Assembly: GCA_964574245.1 (NCBI GenBank)
Contig: CAZNLV010000005.1
Location: forward strand, 1-34,963
Length of the DNA: 34,963 bases
Direction of reading: 5' to 3'
Origin: an uncultured Candidatus Saccharibacteria bacterium
GTDB lineage: Bacteria; Patescibacteriota; Saccharimonadia; Saccharimonadales; UBA4665
A program made the translations under genes and the position numbers. The notes beneath the pieces are model-generated. The model was not told the DNA's origin and made no database searches. It was given only the letters and a program-made list of their open reading frames with translations. Each line of letters opens with the position of its first letter. Positions within the stretch are counted from its first letter, which is position 1. Shown one piece after another: positions 7,069-15,718 of the stretch.

Positions 7069-7278
7069 ATGGAAAACATCGCATTTGCACTCGCCTATGC
7101 ACTACCAGCACTCGGTGCCGCTATGGGCGTCGGTTTGATCGGTAAGGGCGCCCTCGGTGCTGCCGGTCGCAACCCCGAAAAAATCGGTGAGCTCCGCACC
7201 CTCATGATCACCGCCATCGTCTTTGCTGACTCCCTAGCCATCATCGGTATCATCGTCGGCTTTTTGGCCAAGGGCTAG
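7069..7278 (+). CDS. atpE: F0 ATP synthase subunit c (69 aa)
   Basis: MENIAFALAYALPALGAAMGVGLIGKGALGAAGRNPE... has the Gly-rich helix 1, the RNPE loop and a helix-2 carboxylate (FADSLAI). AAGGAG lies at 7055-7060. The ORF-track start at 6955 would translate the repeat element. Confidence 0.93.
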   Translation: MENIAFALAYALPALGAAMGVGLIGKGALGAAGRNPEKIGELRTLMITAIVFADSLAIIGIIVGFLAKG

Positions 7279-7316
7279 AAGTAGTAGGTAGTTTATAGTT
7301 TTTAGTTTGTAGTAAG
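7276..7316. repeat. 7-bp tandem array TAGTNNN x5 following the atpE stop codon
   Basis: TAG occurs at 7276, 7282, 7289, 7296, 7303 and 7310. The units are tagtagg, tagttta, tagtttt, tagtttg and tagtaag. Confidence 0.85.
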
Positions 7317-7323
7317 GATACAT

Positions 7324-7872
7324 GTGACATATTTATTTACACAATTTGCGAGTGAGGCGGCCAACGCCGAAGCTACAAACCCCGTGAAGGCGCTGGGCAT
7401 AGACGCTAAACTGCTCGTGTTTCAGATTATTGCTTTTACGATTTTAGTATGGCTGCTCGGCAAATACGTTTTTCCCGTACTCATGAAAGCAGTCGATGAA
7501 CGCCAGCGAAAGATTGACGAAGGCAATGCTGCAGCACTCGAAGCCGCCAAAAATGCCGCTGAAAGCGAAGCTAAAATGGCCGAGATGCTGAAGAAAGCTC
7601 GGTCCGAAGCATCGGACATCGTCACCACGGCCAAGGAAGAAGCAGCAGGTTTGATCGCAAAGAGTGAGGAAAAATCAAAGGTACAAGCCGAACGCATCGT
7701 AGCAGCTGCACACGAGTCTATCGAAAAAGACGTGCTGGCCGCTCGAAAAGCCCTGCACAACGAAACCGTCGAGCTGGTCGCCCAAGCGACCGAAAAAGTG
7801 GTAGGCAAAAGCGTCTCAGATACGGTGGACAAAAAAATTATCATGGAATCTATAAAAGAGGTGCAGGCATGA
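7324..7872 (+). CDS. atpF: F0 ATP synthase subunit b (GTG start)
   Basis: An N-terminal TM helix (LLVFQIIAFTILVWLLGKYVF) is followed by a long Ala/Glu/Lys-rich coiled coil. Operon position fits, and AAGGA lies 6 nt upstream. Confidence 0.9.
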   Translation: MTYLFTQFASEAANAEATNPVKALGIDAKLLVFQIIAFTILVWLLGKYVFPVLMKAVDERQRKIDEGNAAALEAAKNAAESEAKMAEMLKKARSEASDIVTTAKEEAAGLIAKSEEKSKVQAERIVAAAHESIEKDVLAARKALHNETVELVAQATEKVVGKSVSDTVDKKIIMESIKEVQA

Positions 7873-7884
7873 GCGTCGCCTCCT

Positions 7885-7970
7885 GTCATTTCGAACGTGT
7901 TTCGGAATCCATACGTCTGCAAAGTCGTCCGGTTGTCGCCTCCGCATGGATCCTGAAACACGTTCAGGAT
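7885..7970. repeat. Composite double-hairpin intergenic element, copy 3, inverted orientation (hairpin B, then A)
   Basis: gtc, then hairpin B atttcgaa-cgtgt-ttcggaat (7888-7908). Hairpin A is atcctgaa-acacg-ttcaggat (7950-7970). In reverse complement, the flank after hairpin A reads ccatgcg, as in copy 1. Confidence 0.8.
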
Positions 7971-8005
7971 GGCGCAGTGACGAGTCTACGCGGAGGTTTC
8001 TGCTA

Positions 8006-8389
8006 ATGCACGGGAAGCTCAGCCGCCGCAAGCTCGCCCAGTACGTGGCCGAAAGGGTCCGCGAGGGTCAGGTTCCTGAAAGCGTTATTCAGGAAGTGGC
8101 AGCCTATCTCGTCGAAACAAGGCGTCTGCGTGAAATGCCGCTCGTCGTGCGTTCCATAGAAGATGCCCTAGCTGAGCGCGGCGTCGTGGTCGCAACGGTT
8201 ACCTCGGCGCGCCCGTTGACCACTACGCTGCGAGATGCCGTCAAAGCACAGGCTGGCGACGAAGAAGTATACTTGAGAGAGGTCGTAGACCCAAGCGTGA
8301 TTGGTGGTGTGCGTGTGCAAACCCCAGACGCATCGTATGACGGAACAGTGCAACATAAACTGCAGGCCTTACGCGCCGCGAAAGTATAG
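8006..8389 (+). CDS. atpH: F1 ATP synthase subunit delta (OSCP), short form (127 aa)
   Basis: C-terminal signature VDPSVIGGVRVQTPDASYDGTVQHKLQALR. GGAGG lies at 7992-7996, 9 nt upstream of the ATG at 8006. The ORF-track start at 7946 would translate the repeat element. Confidence 0.8.
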   Translation: MHGKLSRRKLAQYVAERVREGQVPESVIQEVAAYLVETRRLREMPLVVRSIEDALAERGVVVATVTSARPLTTTLRDAVKAQAGDEEVYLREVVDPSVIGGVRVQTPDASYDGTVQHKLQALRAAKV

Positions 8390-8401
8390 AAAGGAACGAC
8401 A

Positions 8402-9937
8402 GTGGCAGACATAGCAGTCACAGAAGTATCAAAAGGTCTCCGCGATGCGATTGCGCGGCTGGAGAGTGGTGAGAACATGGAATCAACGGGTGTTGTCACT
8501 CGTGTGGGTGACGGTGTTGCTTGGATTCATGGCCTGAGAGGCGCCGGATATGCCGAAGTACTCGAGATTCAGACCAAAAAGGGCGTCATCGAAGCGTTTG
8601 CCCTCAACCTCATGGAGGACGAAATTGGCGCCGTGCTGCTTGGAGATGACAAGAACGTCGTCGCGGGCGATGCGGTGAAGCTGAAAGGTGTTGTCTTGGA
8701 CGTCCCAGTTGGACCGGAGCTCCTTGGTAGGGTCGTCAACCCTCTGGGTCAACCACTCGACGGTGGCCCGGCTATCAAAACCAAAGAGACCGGCCTCGTT
8801 GAACGGGCCGCCATCGGTGTCATGGGCCGCAAAGGAGTTCATGAACCCCTTATGACGGGCATTGTCTCTATCGACGCTATGTTCCCGATTGGCCGGGGGC
8901 AGCGCGAGCTGATCATCGGTGACCGCCAGACGGGCAAAACGGCTATTGCACTTGATACGATGATCAACCAAGGCCGCCAGAAGACTGGCGTCGTCAATAT
9001 CTACGTTGCCATCGGTCAGAAGCTCAGTAAGGTGGCTCGTCTCGTCGAACGGCTCAAACAAGAAGGCGTCATGGACCAGACTATCGTAGTGGCGACCGGG
9101 CCGAGTGATCCGGCCTCCCTGCTCTATCTCGCACCGTATGCCGGTACGGCCATGGGTGAATGGTTCCGCGACAATGGCAAACACGCGCTCATTATCTACG
9201 ACGATCTGACCAAGCATGCGGTTGCCTACCGCCAGATGTCACTGTTGCTCCGTCGCCCACCGGGGCGAGAAGCTTTCCCGGGTGATGTGTTTTACCTGCA
9301 TTCGCGCCTGCTCGAGCGGTCAGCTAAGCTGAGCGATGATCTGGGCAATGGCTCATTGACGGCTTTACCTATCATCGAAACACAGGCCGGCGATATTAGC
9401 GCCTACATCCCGACGAATGTTATCTCTATCACCGACGGCCAGATTTTCATGGAAACAGACCTGTTTTATCAGGGTATTCGCCCGGCTATTTCAGCAGGCT
9501 TATCTGTTTCCCGTGTCGGTGGAGCTGCGCAGACCAAAACGGTCAAATCGGTTGCCGGTGGCCTGAAACTCGGTCTCAGCCAGTTCCGCGAGCTTGCCGC
9601 TTTCGCGCAGTTTGGCTCGGACCTCGACGAAGCTACCAAAAAACAGATCGAGCGCGGCCAACGCCTGACCGAACTACTCAAGCAGGCGCAGTACAGCCCA
9701 CTAAGCATCTGGGAGCAGACTGCCTCGATTTTTGCTGTCAACGAAGGTCATTTCGACAATGTCTCCCGTGAAAAAATCAAAGACGCTCAAGCGGCGTTGC
9801 TCGCTCGTCTTGCAAAAGAACACGGAAAAGAAATGGATGCACTGAATACAGGTGACGAAAAAGTTGAAACCGATAGTGCCATTGGCAAACTGCTGGCCAA
9901 AGTCGCCGAAGCAACCGCGAAAGGCTTTGAGGGATAA
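8402..9937 (+). CDS. atpA: F1 ATP synthase subunit alpha (GTG start)
   Basis: Walker A GDRQTGKT, plus [63 protein letters not shown] and ITDGQIF. Confidence 0.98.
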   Translation: MADIAVTEVSKGLRDAIARLESGENMESTGVVTRVGDGVAWIHGLRGAGYAEVLEIQTKKGVIEAFALNLMEDEIGAVLLGDDKNVVAGDAVKLKGVVLDVPVGPELLGRVVNPLGQPLDGGPAIKTKETGLVERAAIGVMGRKGVHEPLMTGIVSIDAMFPIGRGQRELIIGDRQTGKTAIALDTMINQGRQKTGVVNIYVAIGQKLSKVARLVERLKQEGVMDQTIVVATGPSDPASLLYLAPYAGTAMGEWFRDNGKHALIIYDDLTKHAVAYRQMSLLLRRPPGREAFPGDVFYLHSRLLERSAKLSDDLGNGSLTALPIIETQAGDISAYIPTNVISITDGQIFMETDLFYQGIRPAISAGLSVSRVGGAAQTKTVKSVAGGLKLGLSQFRELAAFAQFGSDLDEATKKQIERGQRLTELLKQAQYSPLSIWEQTASIFAVNEGHFDNVSREKIKDAQAALLARLAKEHGKEMDALNTGDEKVETDSAIGKLLAKVAEATAKGFEG

Positions 9938-9943
9938 ATATGC

Positions 9944-9978
9944 GAGTCACGAGTCACGAGTCACGAGTCACGAGTAAT
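9944..9978. repeat. Heptad array (GAGTCAC)x4 plus GAGTAAT, left arm of the atpA-atpG spacer
   Basis: Read directly: four perfect gagtcac units at 9944-9971, then gagtaat. Confidence 0.95.
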
Positions 9979-10007
9979 ACGGAATTTATGGTCTGGCGAA
10001 GCCAGTC

Positions 10008-10035
10008 CTATCTCCTATCTCGTATCTCGTATCTC
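10008..10035. repeat. Heptad array CTATCTC x2 plus GTATCTC x2, right arm (an inverted, imperfect complement of the left arm)
   Basis: Read directly. The reverse complement is GAGATAS, which matches GAGTCAC at 5 of 7 positions per heptad. Confidence 0.9.
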
Positions 10036-10054
10036 GGCCTGAACGGAGTGCGGC

Positions 10055-10920
10055 ATGGCTAGTACTCGGCAGCTCAAAGGCCGGATTCGTTCGGTCAAAA
10101 GTACCAAGCAGATAACAAAAGCCATGCAAATGGTAGCGGCGAGCAAAATGCGCCGTGCGCAAGATGCTACAAAAGCGACGCAGGACTATACGCGTACCGC
10201 CAATGAACTGCTCGCTTACCTTTCGAGTCAAGGTGCTACGGACAAGCACCCGCTGTTCCAAAAACGACCGGTAAAAGGTCGACTCATCATCGTCATCGCT
10301 GCCGATAAAGGATTGGCTGGCGCTTACAATGCCAACGTCATGAAGGCGTACATCCAAGCCCTGCGTGACGACGACAAAAACGGCGTGCGCAACGAAACGA
10401 TCGCTGTGGGCCGCAAGGCATCTCAGTTCGTGACCCGGCTCAAAGATACCGAGATTTGCGGGACCTACACTGACCTCCCGGATCATCCGGAGGGGGCGGA
10501 GTTTTATGCCATTCTTACCACAGCTTGTGCGATGTTTCAGGAGGGTAAGGTCGACGCGGTTGACATCATTTACACCAAGTTTGTCAGCAGTATGACGCAG
10601 GTCGCAGCAACTGACCGGATTTTGCCCGCGGGCTTTGCCAAGGCAGATGTGACTGCTTTTGTGCGTGACGCTGTGTACGAGCCGAGCACTGACGTGGTTC
10701 TCGAGGGGGTTGCCCGCCGACTCGTGGGCGCAGAGATATTCCAAGCCCTGTTAGATGCTCGGGCCTCCGAGCACAGCATGCGCATGCTTGCCATGAAAAA
10801 CGCGACGGATAATGCCGGTGAGTTGGTAGATGATTTGACGCTCGAAATGAACAAGGCTCGTCAAGCAGCCATAACCCAAGAACTGGCGGAAATATCCGGC
10901 GGCGCCGAGGCCATGAAGTA

Positions 10921-10921
<1 letters not shown>
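10055..10921 (+). CDS. atpG: F1 ATP synthase subunit gamma
   Basis: N-terminus RIRSVKSTKQITKAMQMVAASKMRRAQ and C-terminus NKARQAAITQELAEISGGAEA. Confidence 0.96.
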
Positions 10922-12751
<1,830 letters not shown>

Positions 12752-12752
12752 G

Positions 12753-12801
12753 GAACATGAAGTATGCATCTAGAATCATGAATCATGACTTGCACCTCAT
12801 G
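12753..12801. repeat. Degenerate 7-bp array, consensus AATCATG, about 7 units, in the atpD-atpC spacer
   Basis: The units are gaacatg, aagtatg, catctag, aatcatg, aatcatg, acttgca and cctcatg. Confidence 0.75.
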
Positions 12802-12824
12802 CTTCAACGCAAAGAAGGGGCATT

Positions 12825-13250
12825 ATGCAGCTCCAATTAGTTACGCTATCTGGCTCCAAGTTTGACGAGGATGTGTATGAAGTTATCATCCCCACGGTTG
12901 ACGGTGAGATTGGGGTTTTCCCCGGCCATGAGCCACTCGTGACGCTGGCAAAAACCGGGGTTATACAGGTACGACTCAAAGCCACCGATACGTCGGAAAT
13001 GCTGGAGTATTTTGCCATCAGTGGCGGCGTAGTCGAGGTGAGTGGTGAACACGTAAAGATACTGGTGGACGAAGCTGATCACGGTGACGATATCGTGGAG
13101 GCAGAAAGCCAAGCGGCACTGGAGCGTGCGCTGAAACTGCGCGATGAGGCCACAGATCAAGTAGAGCTAGAAAAAGCTCATCAGCTCGTTGACCGCCATC
13201 TTGTGCGCATCAAAGTCGCTGACCTCCACCGTCGCCACCGAAGGGGCTAG
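12825..13250 (+). CDS. atpC: F1 ATP synthase subunit epsilon
   Basis: LVTLSGSKFDEDVYEVIIPTVDGEIGVFPGHEPLVTLAKTGVI is a typical epsilon N-terminal beta-sandwich, followed by a helical C-terminus. It is the last gene of the operon. Confidence 0.92.
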   Translation: MQLQLVTLSGSKFDEDVYEVIIPTVDGEIGVFPGHEPLVTLAKTGVIQVRLKATDTSEMLEYFAISGGVVEVSGEHVKILVDEADHGDDIVEAESQAALERALKLRDEATDQVELEKAHQLVDRHLVRIKVADLHRRHRRG

Positions 13251-13258
13251 GCGTAGTA

Positions 13259-13531
13259 CTACGCGGCGTTCGAAAGCGTATCTAATAATTCAGGATGATC
13301 ATTGGCAAGGTCAAGCAGTAGCATGTCGGTTGCGCAGCGTTCGCTTTGGTCTAAGTCGTCAGGAGCCATACGGGTGCTTTCAATTTGAACTCGTAACCGT
13401 TCTGCAGGAGCAAGCAGATACCAGTGCATAGTTGCCACTCGCTTTGCATGTGCAAAACCCCTGTCGTATATTTCACAGACCGTATCAAGAACTGTGTGTA
13501 CGGGGCCTTGCATTTTTTCGGGCATATTCAT
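13259..13531 (-). CDS. Hypothetical protein (90 aa)
   Basis: ORF only. I recognise no SD and no family. It is convergent with atpC. Confidence 0.3.
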   Translation of the reverse strand: MNMPEKMQGPVHTVLDTVCEIYDRGFAHAKRVATMHWYLLAPAERLRVQIESTRMAPDDLDQSERCATDMLLLDLANDHPELLDTLSNAA

Positions 13532-13589
13532 AGCCGAACAGTAACAGATTTATGTATCTTGAGCGATGATTATCCTCACAGCATGGCTG

Positions 13590-13618
13590 TTGCGTGATAT
13601 ATATCACACGCGTATAAT
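13590..13618 (+). promoter_or_regulatory. Promoter TTGCGT-17-TATAAT with a perfect 14-bp palindrome (GTGATATATATCAC) that overlaps the last 2 nt of the -35 and most of the spacer
   Basis: ttgcgt at 13590-13595, palindrome at 13594-13607, tataat at 13613-13618. It lies about 58 nt upstream of the ATG at 13676. Confidence 0.55.
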
Positions 13619-13675
13619 GAGTTTTACTACTAAGTCTCTTATAAAGTAATTAAGCAAATGAAAATAGGGTAACTG

Positions 13676-14629
13676 ATGAACATCCCAGCTAAAACAGCTG
13701 CGCGGCAAGAAGCGCAGCCTGACAGTATCAACCTAACAGTGATTGAGCGGATTGGCTTCGGTAAGGGCCAACTTCATGCGCTAGACCAATCAGCAGCTGA
13801 GCTGGAACAATTTGGCGAAACACTTACATCAAGCTTCCTTAAAAAAGTTACTGCCGGTGCTGCTGGCTGTTGCATGGACGGTCGGATTTGCAATCACACT
13901 GTCGCTGGTACGGCCCCTACTCTTGGGCCAAAATGCGCCGGTGGCCCTTTGCAGACAGCTTTCGCTGCTGCAGAGGTAATCGAAGGCTATTACGGGCATA
14001 AAAGCGGCGCTAGTTCTTCCGAAAGAATTGTCGAGGTTGGAGAAATATTGACGGTCCAAGGAATTATGATTGGCGGACACACGACGGACGGCGCGGTAGC
14101 AAATCACTTTATAAACCCTAAAACTGGCCAAGAACAAACCGGTTGCGGCGCTGAAGAAAAACATCCTGCGTCCACGCAGGCTATCGTGAAAAGAGATACG
14201 AACGTTGTAAAAACAGCCGATTTGCTCCTTGGCGCACACCAAGAACTACAAACAGTCACCTCGGAGACTCTAACTGCCAGAAATGCTGACTATAGCCCGA
14301 AAGCCATGCTTGAGGTCGTTCGTGCCCAAAATGGTGGCAAAAATACTGAAGTGCTTGAGGGCTCTCACGAAGAATTAGTCATTGTCTGGAATAAAGTACG
14401 CGGCTATACCATAGACCGTGATGAGCTGATTAGGCAAAGCGGTAAAGAAGTATTTATTATCGATGCTTGGTATATCGAGGATATTGCAAAAGCAATGGCC
14501 ATGGGCCGGCCTGACGCTAGTGAAATGTATAAAAAGGTTTTGCGTGCGGCCGTAGAGTACCAACTTGCGACTTACGGTGAACTAGGCGATGGATCTCATC
14601 CTGTGCTCGTACTGGAGAGTGCTGCCTAA
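13676..14629 (+). CDS. Hypothetical Cys/His protein (317 aa) with beta-carbonic-anhydrase-like CxDxR and GH..(C/D)G motifs
   Basis: AAGCCMDGR resembles the beta-CA motif C-x-D-x-R. IMIGGHTTDGAV resembles ..GH.dCGa. A GCGA follows 14 residues later. The rest of the protein is not recognised. Confidence 0.6.
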   Translation: MNIPAKTAARQEAQPDSINLTVIERIGFGKGQLHALDQSAAELEQFGETLTSSFLKKVTAGAAGCCMDGRICNHTVAGTAPTLGPKCAGGPLQTAFAAAEVIEGYYGHKSGASSSERIVEVGEILTVQGIMIGGHTTDGAVANHFINPKTGQEQTGCGAEEKHPASTQAIVKRDTNVVKTADLLLGAHQELQTVTSETLTARNADYSPKAMLEVVRAQNGGKNTEVLEGSHEELVIVWNKVRGYTIDRDELIRQSGKEVFIIDAWYIEDIAKAMAMGRPDASEMYKKVLRAAVEYQLATYGELGDGSHPVLVLESAA

Positions 14630-14701
14630 GGACGCCTCTTTACAAAACAGTGATATCTCTGTAAGCTTGGAGTATCACAAATAAAGTGGAGGAATATAAC
14701 T

Positions 14702-15490
14702 ATGTTTCGTAAAAATAAGCTCGCCATGGTTGTGAGTGAGTTTTTGGGTACCGGTGCGCTGGCGCTCACGGTGCTCGCAATGAGCCATTCGCAACTCGCA
14801 GTGCCGTATTTTGTCGCATCAGCCGCTGGTTTTACCTTGGTGCTGATGGTCGTTGCGCTTGCTGGCATCTCCGGCGCAGTGTTTAACCCGGCGCTCACTA
14901 TCGGGCTGTGGACTGTCCGCAAACTGCGAACTGTTCAAGCGCTCAGCTACATCGCGGCCCAGTTCGCGGGTGCAGCGGTGGCTTGGTATGTTTTTGCGTA
15001 CTTTACAAAACTGCAAGACGTCAAAAACACAGGCACGTTCGATATGCGTGTTATGTTTGCAGAGATGCTGGGTACATTCGTATTTGCGTTTTGTGTAGCG
15101 GCTGCCGTATACCAACGTTTGAGCCTTGGTCTCAAAGGCTTGATGATCGGCGGCGGCCTTGTAGCCGGCGCACTCGTTGCGTCACTTGGTTCCGCAGGCA
15201 TCTTAAACCCAGCGGTTGCATTCAGTCTCCATCAGTGGGGCTGGGGAACCTATGTGCTCGGTTCTATCGTGGGTGCTGTGATCGGGTTCTTTGTATACAG
15301 CTTGCTTTTTGTCGAGACCGAAGTTGCTGAGCTAGAAGAGGCAGAGACCGAACGACATGAGGTTGTGGAAGTGCCCGCAGAACGCCCTGTCGTTAAGGCA
15401 GTTGCTGCTCAGCGCACGAAGGCTGCGGCTCGGACAAAAGCTGCAACAAAATCCGCTCCAAAGAGCAGGACAGTTTCTAGGAAAAAATAA
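14702..15490 (+). CDS. MIP-family channel (aquaporin/glycerol facilitator-like) with a charged Lys/Ala-rich C-terminal tail
   Basis: Two NPA boxes (VFNPALTIG and ILNPAVAFS), a six-TM pattern, and GGAGG at 14688-14692. Confidence 0.9.
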   Translation: MFRKNKLAMVVSEFLGTGALALTVLAMSHSQLAVPYFVASAAGFTLVLMVVALAGISGAVFNPALTIGLWTVRKLRTVQALSYIAAQFAGAAVAWYVFAYFTKLQDVKNTGTFDMRVMFAEMLGTFVFAFCVAAAVYQRLSLGLKGLMIGGGLVAGALVASLGSAGILNPAVAFSLHQWGWGTYVLGSIVGAVIGFFVYSLLFVETEVAELEEAETERHEVVEVPAERPVVKAVAAQRTKAAARTKAATKSAPKSRTVSRKK

Positions 15491-15515
15491 CTACTAGAGT
15501 AGTTTAGTAGTTTTT

Positions 15516-15544
15516 AAAAAGCCGCCTGGAGGGGCGGCTTTTTT
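15516..15544. terminator. Bidirectional rho-independent terminator
   Basis: aaaaa-GCCGCC-tggagg-GGCGGC-tttttt: a GC stem flanked by an A-tract and a T-tract. It lies between the convergent MIP and helicase genes. Confidence 0.8.
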
Positions 15545-15718
15545 GCTTGTTGATGCTGCGCTGTTTTCGAAGCGCATTCCCCCTAGTATTGAGTGCTCGA
15601 CATTCTAAATGTGGACCGCGTGCATGCGCACAACCGCAGCGAAAATGTCGTGATTACTACGGCCTAGCGCCGCCAAAAGAGTACCGTTTCTTGTGCGGCT
15701 GACCGGTGTGCGGGCTAG

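Noticed and set aside
7422-7961. Long antisense ORFs inside conserved genes (for example 7422..7961, 8483..9217, 9986..10744, 26717..27493 and 12846..13160)
   Set aside because: They lie opposite unmistakable atpF, atpA, atpG, cyoB and atpC coding sequence. Their compositions are typical of antisense read-through of moderately GC-rich genes (Ser/Arg/Ala-rich, no motifs).
7816-8031. 71-aa minus-strand ORF, plus the N-terminal extensions of atpH (7946) and atpE (6955)
   Set aside because: All of them read through the palindromic repeat elements. SD-supported internal starts (8006 and 7069) give canonical proteins.
9944-10035. Possible CRISPR array or coding repeat
   Set aside because: The units are only 7 bp and directly abutting, with no spacers of 25-40 bp. 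There are no cas genes in the window.
13251-13264. Perfect 14-bp palindrome gcgtagtactacgc between atpC and the convergent ORF, as a possible terminator
   Set aside because: The stem is at most 5-6 bp with a tiny loop, and there is no T-tract on either side. It also overlaps the stop codon of the 90-aa ORF. This is insufficient for a terminator call.
15551-15580. Fourth copy of the hairpin-B element (tgttttcgaagcgcattcc)
   Set aside because: It resembles only one half of hairpin B. The second arm and hairpin A are missing, so at best it is a degenerate remnant.
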